Part shown: positions 50,698 through 61,173 of the stretch, piece after piece
Layout: the number at the start of each line of letters is the position of its first letter
Position numbering within the stretch: the first letter of the stretch is position 1
Assembly (NCBI GenBank): GCA_023379385.1
Contig: JAMCUS010000013.1
Span: 19,770 to 83,769, forward strand
Direction: 5' to 3'
Length of the DNA: 64,000 nt
DNA from: Thermoplasmatota archaeon
GTDB lineage: Archaea > Thermoplasmatota > Thermoplasmata > Lutacidiplasmatales > JAMCUS01
Notes under the pieces: generated by a model
The model's input: only the letters and a program-made list of their open reading frames with translations
Database searches by the model: none
What the model was told of the DNA's origin: nothing
Position numbers and translations under genes: made by a program

Positions 50698-53286
50698 TTA
50701 AATCTGTTGACGTAAAAATGATAAAACCTCTTTCACAACTTTTTCAAAAATAATAGAGAATTGAGAATCTGGTACATCTTTAAATGTATATTCCGTCAGA
50801 GAATTACTTCCACCTCCATTACCATATGGAATTGCCTGTTTAATCACTGGTAAAATTTTCCTGCAGTCAACATCTATATCGTCAGAACGTCCGCAATAGA
50901 TATAATTGAGGTCTCCCTTTTTTAATCCAATAAAAGCAAATACATTTTTGGTGGTCAAAATTTTTAGAAATTGTTTAATATTTACATCAAACGTTATAAT
51001 TGTATGTACATATTTCACATTCCCGATATTGTCTGAAAGCTCTATAAGGCTTTTTATATACCCGTTGATCCTATCCATTTCGGTATTATCAATAATTGAT
51101 TTATATTTTTTATTATCGGATATGAGGTTTACTATTTTTTTTATAATGGTATCGTCATTCGCGTCTGTTATTTCATTAACACGATCTATCAACATTTCTC
51201 TGTCTTGAATTTTTTTCAATGCCAAGTCTCCGCACAGGTATTCCAATCTGACAACACCATCCTGAAGCCTTTTTACATCTGTAATCTTAAGTAATCCTAC
51301 CTGTGAAGTGTTGGTACAATGAGTACCACCACAGGCTTCAACATCAAAATTTTCAATATCAATAATTCTTAACATTTTTCCAGGAACTGCACCGCCTTGA
51401 TATATTGTAAAACCGTATCTTTTTTCTGCTTCAGACCTTTCCATGAAATAACTGTCAATTTTTACGGAAGCCAGAATCTCTGTATTTATAAGATTTTCAA
51501 TCGCTTTTCTCTCATCAACTGTCACATGTTTATAGTGTGTAAGATCAATTCTGGCTGAGTCAATTCCCTTAAAAGCCCCTGCCTGCCATACATGTTTTCC
51601 AAGAATTTTTCTAGCAGCACCGTTTATAAGATGGGCGCCTGTATGATGTCTCATCAACCTCAATCTGCGTTCTCTATCAATTGAACATTTAACTGTTTTT
51701 CCAGCATAAAAATCATTTATAAATTGGTTATCTATGTGATGTAATATTATTTTACTAACTCGCTCCACATCTTTAACATATATTCCATCAATTGTACCCG
51801 TATCGGTTACCTGTCCTCCTCCAGTGGGGTAAAAATAAGTTTCGTTTAAAATTAAACTATCTTTGTATATGGCAACAACCTTTGCATTAAAGTCAAGTGT
51901 GAATGGATCGTTGTAATATTTTATAATGGTGTCCTCTACACCCAGATCCAGTGTTTTAACCCCTATAGCTTCACGTTTTGAACCTCCTTTTTTGGAAATC
52001 TTTGCGTAAAAATCATCCGGAATATTTACAGGCAGTTTTGTGAAATCTTTAACAATTTCTGGGTTAAGGCCATGGCTTTCATACAATTTAATTAACAGAT
52101 CTTCGTCAAATATCTTTTTCTCATCTATCAGATCTCTTTCAAATTTTTGTACAATGCTTTTTCCTTTTTTGAGTGTTTCAAAATACTTATTGTATTCAAA
52201 TCTCACCATGTCAAGAAGTTCTTCTCTGAAATCAATTAATTTTACATTTTTTCTGGATTCTATTGTGATAATATGATCAACTATATCTATCAATGAATCT
52301 ATTCTGCCAAGTTTATTCATTATATTTATCATTCTGCGTAATAAAACCCTTGCAAAGTATCCTTCTTTAACATTGGAAGGTACAACGCCATCGAATAACA
52401 TGTATATTATTGATTTGCTATGATCCAGTAAAATATAATATAACGGCATTTCCTCGTTACTTAATTTTCCTATGATGGGATCTATAACCTTTACATAATC
52501 TTTAAAAACAGCTTCATAAGCGGTTTTAGACCCTGTGGATAACCAGCATAATCTTTCCAATCCATAACCAGTATCCACAACCTTAAGTGGCATATCTGTA
52601 AGGGTATTATCATTTTTAATATATTGCATAAATACCAGTGTAGCCACTTCTACACCCATCACACCAACAGAAAGGGATGGACCAGCATTTCCACCACCTT
52701 CCCATACCTCCTCCTTATATGTGACATTTTCGGAAGGAATCTTTAAAGTATCTACTAAAAATCTATTACACAACTCTACTGTTTTATCTTTATAATAAAT
52801 GTATTTATCCTTTTTATTAAAGGCATGGTGAGCCATCATCTCAAAGAATGTAAAATGCCTTCCTGAATATCCAACGTTGTCTATATCATTAAATCTAAGA
52901 CAAGGTTGAGATATTACAAGTGGATTAGCAGGTGGATCTATTACTCCATTAGTTACCCATGGCTGAAAATCATAAATAGAAGCCTGTGTGAAAAACACAT
53001 CGTCTCGCCATCTTGCTACAACTGGATACCTGTTAATTTCTGTATGCCCGTTTGATTTGAAAAAATTTATGAAGCTATCTCTCATCTTATCCAATGAATA
53101 TTCCATATCAGTAGGTGGATGATTTATAAATTCATAACTCCTGCAGGGCTCCTCTGCACATGTGTTCACATCTTCAGATGCCCAGAAATAACTTCCACAA
53201 TGTGTACATTTATTTCTTTTGAACTTATTGTCTATAAAAAAATTTAGTCTATATTCGTTTTCATTCATTGTAGCAGTATATTCCAT
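50698..53286 (-). CDS. alaS: Alanyl-tRNA synthetase (archaeal type)
   Basis: YPVVARWRDD, ASIYDFQP, FEMMAHHAFN, DTGYGLER, HHTGAH, ACGGTH editing motifs. Confidence 0.96.
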   Translation of the reverse strand: MEYTATMNENEYRLNFFIDNKFKRNKCTHCGSYFWASEDVNTCAEEPCRSYEFINHPPTDMEYSLDKMRDSFINFFKSNGHTEINRYPVVARWRDDVFFTQASIYDFQPWVTNGVIDPPANPLVISQPCLRFNDIDNVGYSGRHFTFFEMMAHHAFNKKDKYIYYKDKTVELCNRFLVDTLKIPSENVTYKEEVWEGGGNAGPSLSVGVMGVEVATLVFMQYIKNDNTLTDMPLKVVDTGYGLERLCWLSTGSKTAYEAVFKDYVKVIDPIIGKLSNEEMPLYYILLDHSKSIIYMLFDGVVPSNVKEGYFARVLLRRMINIMNKLGRIDSLIDIVDHIITIESRKNVKLIDFREELLDMVRFEYNKYFETLKKGKSIVQKFERDLIDEKKIFDEDLLIKLYESHGLNPEIVKDFTKLPVNIPDDFYAKISKKGGSKREAIGVKTLDLGVEDTIIKYYNDPFTLDFNAKVVAIYKDSLILNETYFYPTGGGQVTDTGTIDGIYVKDVERVSKIILHHIDNQFINDFYAGKTVKCSIDRERRLRLMRHHTGAHLINGAARKILGKHVWQAGAFKGIDSARIDLTHYKHVTVDERKAIENLINTEILASVKIDSYFMERSEAEKRYGFTIYQGGAVPGKMLRIIDIENFDVEACGGTHCTNTSQVGLLKITDVKRLQDGVVRLEYLCGDLALKKIQDREMLIDRVNEITDANDDTIIKKIVNLISDNKKYKSIIDNTEMDRINGYIKSLIELSDNIGNVKYVHTIITFDVNIKQFLKILTTKNVFAFIGLKKGDLNYIYCGRSDDIDVDCRKILPVIKQAIPYGNGGGSNSLTEYTFKDVPDSQFSIIFEKVVKEVLSFLRQQI

Positions 53287-53460
53287 TACATTATTTTAAC
53301 ATTTTTCATACCTACAAAAACAAAAAAGATATGAATAGTATTATTAACATCCTTTCTTTAATCTTTTTAACATCTCAATATATACATTTTTTCACGATAA
53401 AAATATATATAACACAAAACATCTCAAATTAGTTAGCAATATTAGCGAGGATAGAAAAAT

Positions 53461-54192
53461 ATGGTATCAAAAGCAACCAAAACATCTGGTAGTGGAAAAG
53501 GCACAAGAAAGGTAAAGGATAAATGGAGAGCAAAAAACGCATACAAAATAATTGCGCCTCTTATATTTAATTCTGCCCATATCGGAAATACTTTATCTGA
53601 CGACCCCAGTAAGGTAATTGGTAGAGTTATAACGGTATCTGCACAAGATTTGAATGGTGATATATCTAAGGCACATATAAAACTTAAATTTAAAATAACA
53701 GGTCAGAGTGGAAATGATTTTCATACGGTATTTTATGGACTGGATTTAACAAGTGATTATCTCAGACGATTAACAAGAAGAAAAAGGTCTAAAATTGATC
53801 TATCTGTAAAAGCTACCACATCCGATAATGGTGTTTTCAAGATTAAACTTTTATCAATATCTGAAAGAAGATTACAATCCACTGTTAAAGCGGCTTTGAG
53901 AAATAAGTTATCTACAACAGTAAAAGAAATAATATCCAAAAAAAATTTTGAAGAAACAATAACATATGTAATGGGTAGCAATGTTATAAAGGATTTAGTT
54001 AGTGTGTGTAAAAACATCTACATTCTTAAGAAGCTAGATATTAGACGTGTAGAGGTAGTTTCTTTACCAGCAGCAACTGCTAAAAATGAAACCAATGACG
54101 CTAAAGGGTTGGATACGAGCCATGCTGAGGAAAACATAGTAAAAGAAGATGATGTAGAGGTTGAACCAAAAAATAATACTGAAGAAATTTAA
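53461..54192 (+). CDS. rps3ae: 30S ribosomal protein S3Ae (eS1)
   Basis: KVKDKWRAK..IIAP, IGRV, DYLRRLTRR..SKID. Confidence 0.93.
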   Translation: MVSKATKTSGSGKGTRKVKDKWRAKNAYKIIAPLIFNSAHIGNTLSDDPSKVIGRVITVSAQDLNGDISKAHIKLKFKITGQSGNDFHTVFYGLDLTSDYLRRLTRRKRSKIDLSVKATTSDNGVFKIKLLSISERRLQSTVKAALRNKLSTTVKEIISKKNFEETITYVMGSNVIKDLVSVCKNIYILKKLDIRRVEVVSLPAATAKNETNDAKGLDTSHAEENIVKEDDVEVEPKNNTEEI

Positions 54193-54205
54193 ACTAATAA
54201 TTAAA

Positions 54206-54306
54206 GTCGGGGTGGCTCAGACTGGTAGAGTATCGGACTCATAGGGTTTATTTATGATACTACCGGAGATATCCGGGGGCCGCGAGTTCAAATCTCGCCC
54301 CCGACA
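54206..54306 (+). tRNA. tRNA-Met(CAT), elongator type, with 27-nt intron at 37/38 (54244..54270)
   Basis: Acceptor GTCGGGG/CCCCGAC, TCGGA-CTCATA..ATCCGG, intact GTTCAAATC T-loop. Confidence 0.88.
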
Positions 54307-55140
54307 CTACATTTTTAGCTGGATCTTAATTTTACATACCATATAACCGCAAAGGGCAAAAAAAATTCTTATTACACCTACCATTGACGAGATCTCTTTT
54401 ATCATGTTTGCGGGTCTATAACCCCTCCACAAATTTCCATGCTTTACAGTAAGTTGCTTTCTACCATATCCATTCCAGAATGCCTGTTTTATAAACAAAA
54501 AAATATTTTCACGCGCGTAATGTGTAACAATAACAGTATCTACATATTCTATTTTTCCTCCGATTTTAATGGCATTCATGTTAAGATCAATATCTTCTGC
54601 CGTTATAAATGAGACGTCAAAACAGTCTATTTTTCTAAAAAGGTCAGCAGGGTATGCAAGATTTGTTGATGGATATGTAACGTCATATCCATTTACATAC
54701 AATTCCACCCTCTCTAATCCACGATATCTTTTTTTACCAGCGGAAATGGTTTTTCCAGCTATAACTGTTGTTTTATCATAATGTTTTCTGATTTCTTTTA
54801 CCCAGTTTCTGTCAGCAATACAATCACCATCTATAAATGCATAAATTTTTCCATGTCCCCTGCTACATCCGTAATTTCTTCCCGTGGCTCTATTTCCAGG
54901 GTGTGTATATAAATTTATACAATCATATTTTTTTATATATTTTTCAATAATTTGTCTAGTATTGTCTGTGCTATTCGCGTCTACAATTATTATATTTACA
55001 GGTGGCTCCTGAATAACCAAACTATCGAGCAACTTTTCTATGTGTTTACTCTCATTCTTTACAGTTATTATAATATCTACCAGTAACTTTTCATCATCTT
55101 TGTTAAAAGTGTTCTGTTTAATATCTGTAGTTTCATTCAT
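54307..55140 (-). CDS. Glycosyltransferase family 2
   Basis: DANSTDNT, GRN..FIDGD, AEDIDL. Confidence 0.9.
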   Translation of the reverse strand: MNETTDIKQNTFNKDDEKLLVDIIITVKNESKHIEKLLDSLVIQEPPVNIIIVDANSTDNTRQIIEKYIKKYDCINLYTHPGNRATGRNYGCSRGHGKIYAFIDGDCIADRNWVKEIRKHYDKTTVIAGKTISAGKKRYRGLERVELYVNGYDVTYPSTNLAYPADLFRKIDCFDVSFITAEDIDLNMNAIKIGGKIEYVDTVIVTHYARENIFLFIKQAFWNGYGRKQLTVKHGNLWRGYRPANMIKEISSMVGVIRIFFALCGYMVCKIKIQLKM

Positions 55141-55169
55141 TAAATATCACCAGAATGCATCTCATTAAT

Positions 55170-55664
55170 TTATAATAGTTTATATTTTTCCAATAATTCT
55201 TTATTAATATCTATAAATGTGCTACCCCATTTAAATTTTGATAATATATATCCAGAATAATCTGTGTAATTTGATATATACAAAATTGCGGATAAAGCTT
55301 CTACAGTAGATAATCTTCCAGGTTTACCATAGCTTACAGGATTTGCAGCAATTAATGGCGGCAATTTTAATCCGTATTCAAAAATGTATTTTTCTTTGAA
55401 AAATAAAATATTGTTTTCTATAAGTTTCCAGGATGTATCTATAGCTACTACGCCATATTTTTCAAGTCTATCTTTGTATTTACTCGTATATGTATTATTT
55501 GAAAATGGCCACAGTACTATTGCATTGTTGAGTATCGCTCTGTTTGTTAAAAAAATTTCTTTTGCTAGTTTAAAATGTTTTAATTTTTTAGCAGTACATT
55601 TTTTAGGATCATCATTTTTAAGGTCTATGAAAAAGAGTTTTGGAACTTTTGCATCTATAAACAT
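55170..55664 (-). CDS. tsr3: rRNA aminocarboxypropyltransferase Tsr3 (DUF367)
   Basis: DDPKKCTAKKL, IDTSW, LPPLIAANPVSYG..LSTVEAL, FKWG. Confidence 0.92.
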   Translation of the reverse strand: MFIDAKVPKLFFIDLKNDDPKKCTAKKLKHFKLAKEIFLTNRAILNNAIVLWPFSNNTYTSKYKDRLEKYGVVAIDTSWKLIENNILFFKEKYIFEYGLKLPPLIAANPVSYGKPGRLSTVEALSAILYISNYTDYSGYILSKFKWGSTFIDINKELLEKYKLL

Positions 55665-56284
55665 AAATTATCATCTATTACTTAATATATGTATTTTTTT
55701 AATACATAGGATGTATATCAACCCTTAACTCCTGTTTTCACGAAATAGGTTGGTATTGAGTTTTTCGTCTAACATTCGTGTCCCCCTTAGTACTTACGTT
55801 ACTATCACTTTCGTATCTGTTTAGCTTTGTGCCAATATTATTTATTAAAATATATTGTTGCATCATTTATTTTCCAATTATTGTCGGCTTTTGTAACTGT
55901 TTTTGCATAACTGGTTAATGGATTGTCCTTACTTTTAAACGCTTTTATCAGTTTATTATCAGGGTGTTCATCTTTAAGGTATTGCTTACAGTCTGACTTT
56001 AGGTCAAACAAATATCAAAAACAATTAAATTTTTACCTAATTTATAAGACGTATAAATTATAAAAGCACTGAAAGAGCAGTATTAAAAATGGATAAAGGA
56101 GTAAAGGGATGGGATGATCTATTTTCCCCTTTATCCAATATGATATTAACTACACATAGCTATATATATTTTGCTATTATAAATAATGTAAACTTCATAA
56201 TTTTATCTCAAAGCACGTTTTATGGTCAATATCTGCTCAAAAATATATTTATACATGTGGAAGCAGTTGAATCATAATATATTA

Positions 56285-56468
56285 CAATAGTTTTGCATTC
56301 ATTTCATTATATAAAAATATTTATTAACTTCTGGATTCAATAAATAACATAGAATTACAGAATATTAAATAATCTTTAATATTTTATAATGTTTAAAATT
56401 GACATCTGGTTATTAATAGATAAATAGAAATAGCATTTTTATTTTTACATATATATGCAAAACTATTG
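56285..56468. mobile_element. 184-bp MITE, copy 2
   Basis: Same 14-bp TIRs; perfect 7-bp target duplication TATATTA. Confidence 0.9.
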
Positions 56469-56702
56469 TATATTACAACTCACAACATAATGACATCTAC
56501 ATCACTATAGTTAATTGCCCTATCTTTTATATCTTTTAATTGATAACAAGGCAGATTTTACGAAGGTTTTACAATATCATAAAGTATATTTTATGCGTTT
56601 TATAATATGTATAATCATCGTTAATGTTGACTATATCATACCTGTTAAGTTATATATAAATACAAAGATATCTTTATATAACATAATGAGGTGTTAGTTT
56701 AC

Positions 56703-57932
56703 ATGGCTGATTCTAAAGGAGTGTCTGGTAGCTCCAAATCCAATATATATGACAAAATTTTAATATATATTATTAAAAAAGGAAAGGGTAACAAAGATAT
56801 ATCTAGAAATGACTTTATAAGAGATTTGAGAAAGGAGTTTAGCCAATTTTCATACAGTGATATTGAAAAAACCATACCAGAATTAACAAAAAATGGACAT
56901 ATTAGTATACAATGGGTTGGCGTTGGCGATTTCAATGTAAATATAACACAAAAGGGTATTGAATATATTGAATCAAACAAAGAAAAGATGGAACAGATCG
57001 GAGCTTCTCTTTCTTTGAAAGATGTAAAAAATGAAATCAAAGGATCAAAAAAAGCACCTAATGTGTTAGAGATTGTTGAACAACCAACTAATACAGGTAT
57101 GGATAACAATGTCAAAGAAATAAGCTATTCAGAATTAGATGAAAATAAAACAAAAAATAGCTTGCCTGATATAAAAGATGTAAAAAATGAAGGTTATATT
57201 CCTTCACCTATATCTGATAATATAAAAAATAATATGCTGGAAAGAGAAAAAAGGTTAATGGAATTGGAAAATGAATACAAAAAGAATAAAACGAATTTAG
57301 AAAATATGGAAGAAGAACTGAATAAGAGAAATAAAATATTGGATGAAAAAGAATCTAAAATAAATGAAATGAAGATAAAATTTAATGAATTAATTGAGAA
57401 TCTAAAGAATGATATAAATGAAAAGGATCGTATGATATCTACATTAAAAAATGAAAATGAAAATATTAAAAAAATGTACAGTAATGTAGAAACAGTTAAA
57501 GAAAATGAAGAAATCAAAAATAAACAGAAAGAACTTTTAGACAAGGAAGCCGAGTTAAATAATATTAAACTTGAAATATCTGGAGAAAAAGATATAATGA
57601 TTCAGCATGAGCTAGATCTTTCTACAACGGAATATGAATTAGAGGAAAAAAAGAAACTGTTAGAAAAGGAATATGAACAATTGGCTATTGAAAGAAACAA
57701 AAGAAATGTTATTATCAAGGCAATTGAAGGCAGAGAAAAACAATTAGATGAGATGGAAAACAAAATTAAAGAAAAGGAAAAGTCTATTAATATTGCAAAA
57801 GAAACTATCAAAAGAATTCTGTCTATGTGGTTAGAAAAAATAGAAAAGATGGATGTTACATTGCATTCATATATGAATTCTGCTCAGGAACTTAAAATAA
57901 CAATAGAAGATATTTATAAATACATGAAATAA
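56703..57932 (+). CDS. Long coiled-coil protein with N-terminal winged-helix-like domain
   Basis: ELTKNGHI..ITQKGIEY wHTH-like end; E/K-rich heptads over ~230 aa; GAGGTG RBS before ATG 56703. Confidence 0.75.
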   Translation: MADSKGVSGSSKSNIYDKILIYIIKKGKGNKDISRNDFIRDLRKEFSQFSYSDIEKTIPELTKNGHISIQWVGVGDFNVNITQKGIEYIESNKEKMEQIGASLSLKDVKNEIKGSKKAPNVLEIVEQPTNTGMDNNVKEISYSELDENKTKNSLPDIKDVKNEGYIPSPISDNIKNNMLEREKRLMELENEYKKNKTNLENMEEELNKRNKILDEKESKINEMKIKFNELIENLKNDINEKDRMISTLKNENENIKKMYSNVETVKENEEIKNKQKELLDKEAELNNIKLEISGEKDIMIQHELDLSTTEYELEEKKKLLEKEYEQLAIERNKRNVIIKAIEGREKQLDEMENKIKEKEKSINIAKETIKRILSMWLEKIEKMDVTLHSYMNSAQELKITIEDIYKYMK

Positions 57933-58233
57933 CCCCAAATTACATGTTTTGGGACAAAATTATGTATGCGTAGCTCTACTTCATCGACGTACCTTGATAT
58001 GTATTGATTGATTCACCTACAATCTTTTTTACAGAGTTCCGCGCTGTCTGTATGAATGCTATATGAGATCTAACCTATATCTATGAAAACGGATTATGAT
58101 ATGATGATCCTAGATGTGGGGAGGGGGAGTTGAGAAGTATTGTGAGCAGCGTTAAGATACCTATCTACTTCCAATCAACAGTTATTACACATGTGTATCC
58201 TATCAGACAGAGTCTTCTTTACCACCGACAGGT

Positions 58234-58766
58234 TGACTGAATATTAAAATCTCTGTTTTGCAGCCCTTCATTGAGGCTCTTAGTCAGTCATAAGAGCCGC
58301 ATAGGAGGTGGATTAAATGTATAAACGAAAATGAACCCATCAATGAATAGTACATTCAATCAAGAAAAGGAAGGGATCTTGGAAGTTTGCACATGTGTCC
58401 ACAATGCGCAAACTCACGAGAATGATATACAAAATGCTAACAGAGAGAGAGGAGTGGAAATACCAAAGTCCTGTACTGACAGAGAAGAAGCTGCCAAAGC
58501 TTGAGGAGGAATGAACCAATCCGGATAAACAGGTCAACGAAACCTGCTGCATGGCTATGCCTTCCATGAGTCAAATATTTGAACTCTTGGTGCTGAGTGC
58601 CAGTATCTGTCTTCGCTGTATTGTCAGATTGCATCTATGAATGCTTATGCGTGTTTGCGAAAAGGCAGAAAAAACAGGTTTCGCCCTGGTCCATAGGGTA
58701 GGATCATAAGGATGGAGATGTTAGCTATGTAGTAGTGAAGGGCTGACCTTAGATTTTACATGCGTG
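58234..58766 (+). mobile_element. Non-autonomous IS110-family (IS1111-type) deletion derivative, copy 2
   Basis: Colinear with 1870..2403, same deletion junction, same subterminal IRs and TG ends. Confidence 0.85.
58538..58683 (+). ncRNA. Putative bridge/seek RNA (copy 2)
   Basis: Same closing stem and donor-matching arm as 2175..2320; the first arm's loop differs. Confidence 0.6.
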
Positions 58767-59033
58767 TAAGATAACAAAATATTTTGTCAAGACAATCAAA
58801 AATTCACATCCAAAAAATGTTTTTTAGGACTAAAATGGATCATTTTTGGTATTCTCTTACAGCCTGTGATCCACAATATGAGCGTAATTGACTTGTTCCA
58901 TTCTGGGATCTATGGATCTTACATATTTACCAGCATTTGCAGAGTTGTAAATCAGATTCTATTAACCTTGAGGTAAAGTGGTTGATAAAAACGTTTACAA
59001 TCATATAGAAATTATGCTCTGTGGATGGCATTA

Positions 59034-60023
59034 TCAATGGTGTTGATAACTCCAATAACCTGATGTTAGATTAAATTTTGATATGTTTTTATCAACTTGC
59101 CACACAGGTCTACATGAACAATCTATGTCGTCGAATATTGAGATATCCTGATGTAACGAAAATTTATCAATTGCATTTAACACAGTTTTATCACAATTAA
59201 AACAGTTATGTGCACCCCTTAATGATCCACCACCGGTAGGACTAGAAATGATTGGTATATTAACAAATGAATGTGTTGTTTTTATAACTTCAACCACACT
59301 CCACAACCATGGTGACCTATATCTTAAATGATGAAAGAGTTCTTCTACGATCGTATTTTTCTGAATATTAACAGGATTTATTGATATTTCATCTGAATAT
59401 TTAAAAGAGTCCAATACTGATTTGATTGTATCGGCAATTGCGTCGTACTCGGATAAAAATGGTGGTTTAAGGATAAGATATGTTTTGACATATCCTCCTA
59501 ATTTGTGGATAAGGTCTGCTTTTATGCAAAATTGTTTGAAGGAGAACGATTTATTTATAAAAACCCTTCTTATGTAATCAGAGCTACTTTCCAATCCAAT
59601 CGCTATATATATTTTCTGTTCTGGTTCCAGAAGTGGTAATATATTTTTTTCAGTTATAAATTCCGGTCTACTTTCAATAATTATCTTTTTTGCATTATGA
59701 AAATTAGATATTATCCATGATCTTATATCTGCTGGAATCTCATGTTCATCCAAAAAACTACCAGAAGTATATATTTTTACTATCTTTTCACCTTTATAGT
59801 GTTTTATTACATTTCTGATTTGCTTTATTAGATCCTCTTTATTTATTGGTGTCTTTGAAACATCGTTTACATATCCACACATAGTACATTTTTTATTCTC
59901 TCTGAATATGCAACCTACGGTATTTAATATAATTACAAAAGCATCTACCACAGTATTATTGTATATTTCCTTTTCATACCAGTATGATATGACGTGTTCA
60001 GCATCGTTCATAATCCCCATCAA
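59034..60023 (-). CDS. Archaeosine-biosynthesis radical SAM lyase (RaSEA)
   Basis: TVGC..CTMCGY, KIYTSGSFLD, ESRPEF, IGLES, KTYLILKPPFLSE, PWLWS, RGAHNC. Confidence 0.88.
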   Translation of the reverse strand: MMGIMNDAEHVISYWYEKEIYNNTVVDAFVIILNTVGCIFRENKKCTMCGYVNDVSKTPINKEDLIKQIRNVIKHYKGEKIVKIYTSGSFLDEHEIPADIRSWIISNFHNAKKIIIESRPEFITEKNILPLLEPEQKIYIAIGLESSSDYIRRVFINKSFSFKQFCIKADLIHKLGGYVKTYLILKPPFLSEYDAIADTIKSVLDSFKYSDEISINPVNIQKNTIVEELFHHLRYRSPWLWSVVEVIKTTHSFVNIPIISSPTGGGSLRGAHNCFNCDKTVLNAIDKFSLHQDISIFDDIDCSCRPVWQVDKNISKFNLTSGYWSYQHH

Positions 60024-60690
60024 CCAATTTTATGTATACTTTGACTATATCATCATCTTTAAGATTTAATCGACTTCTTAAATTAAATTCAGATATTATT
60101 TCAATAACATCTGGATGATGTCCTCTCTCGGGAATTATGACAAAGCAAACGGTTCCTGACAACGCAGCTTTATATAAGGTAACATCGCCATATGTCCTTC
60201 CGTCAGCAGAGAATCCATTTATAATTGTTCCATATTTGCATTTAAGAAGATCCAATTTATTAAATTCTGAACTATCTAAACGTATATTGAGTGTTCCAAG
60301 AAATGGTGTTATACCTATAAGTTCTTTGAACTGTTTCATATATCCTCCTCTACCTATATAATATGAACCTTCTCCAAATCCTGACGTTACCGTACCTGTT
60401 ATAAGAAGCTGCTTTGGATTCTCAAAAATGAATTTGTATTCATTATATTCCCTTTCAAGTATTTGCCATCCATATGAAGTTATAATAATTTTCTCTTTGT
60501 TAGCTATTCTATATCTTTTTATGTATGCTTTATTCTCTAGAATTGTCAACCATCTACTTGCAGATTGTTGACTAAAATGTAACGCATTACCAATCTCTGC
60601 GGTAGTCATTATTGTATCACCACGATTGACATATTCATGTGCTATTAATTTTAATATCTGTACTATATTTAATGATTCCATATCTACCAT
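59998..60690 (-). CDS. ribK: HTH-fused CTP-dependent riboflavin kinase (RbkR type)
   Basis: SQQSASR HTH; VTSGFGEG, PFLGTLN, IIPERGHH, EIIS..LR. Confidence 0.92.
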   Translation of the reverse strand: MVDMESLNIVQILKLIAHEYVNRGDTIMTTAEIGNALHFSQQSASRWLTILENKAYIKRYRIANKEKIIITSYGWQILEREYNEYKFIFENPKQLLITGTVTSGFGEGSYYIGRGGYMKQFKELIGITPFLGTLNIRLDSSEFNKLDLLKCKYGTIINGFSADGRTYGDVTLYKAALSGTVCFVIIPERGHHPDVIEIISEFNLRSRLNLKDDDIVKVYIKLVDGDYERC

Positions 60691-61064
60691 TCCAACAGAT
60701 CATTTCCATGTAACTCCAAATGATTTTTTTTTCTCATAAATACTACCGATATTTTCATTTTAAGAGCTGTTCTCATTAAATTACGATCATTTGTAAATAT
60801 AACACCATTAACAAAATTTGCTGCCTCTATTACACCTCTATCCCCTTTATTAATGGTATTGACTATTTTATATTTATGTGATAATGCTATAGCTGATTTT
60901 CTTTCATTATCTGTTATATCAATTTTTTGAATCTCGTCTATAACTGATGAAGGTATGTATATAGTAGCTGAACCATATATTCTCTGAAGTTCTTTATCTA
61001 CATTTATACCAAATCTAAATGGGATTAACAGTGCATTTGTATCTATCACAACATTAACAGTCAT
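60684..61064 (-). CDS. PIN-domain protein (Fcf1/Utp24-like)
   Basis: VVIDTNALL, VIDE, GD, TNDRNL. Confidence 0.85.
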   Translation of the reverse strand: MTVNVVIDTNALLIPFRFGINVDKELQRIYGSATIYIPSSVIDEIQKIDITDNERKSAIALSHKYKIVNTINKGDRGVIEAANFVNGVIFTNDRNLMRTALKMKISVVFMRKKNHLELHGNDLLEW

Positions 61065-61173
61065 AATTATCCACCATTGCATATATCAACATTTTTATTT
61101 TCAACAATTGAAGTTTACTATAAATATCAAACTATTAACGAATCATTGCAGGTTATGATATCTGTTAAACATG

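Larger units (their letters stand above)
58228..58867. mobile_element. ~110-bp TIR element (host MITE) split by the IS110 derivative
   Basis: Removing the inner element restores ACAGGTTGTAAGA..TCTTACAGCCTGT, a 13-bp inverted repeat with one mismatch. Confidence 0.7.
58135..58950 (-). pseudogene. tnpB: tnpB remnant interrupted by nested insertions
   Basis: Minus strand gives ANAGKYVRSIDPR..GTSQLRSYCG (58868..58950) and VVKKTLSDRIHMCNNC*LEVDRYLNAAHN (58135..58227), contiguous parts of the TnpB C-terminus. Confidence 0.75.

Noticed and set aside
55730-56030. Possible gene fragment or IS remnant on the minus strand
   Set aside because: Short open stretch with no recognisable family motif or paired ends
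58340-58634. Minus-strand ORFs of 75 and 65 aa
   Set aside because: They lie antisense within the IS110-derived element and have no recognisable motifs
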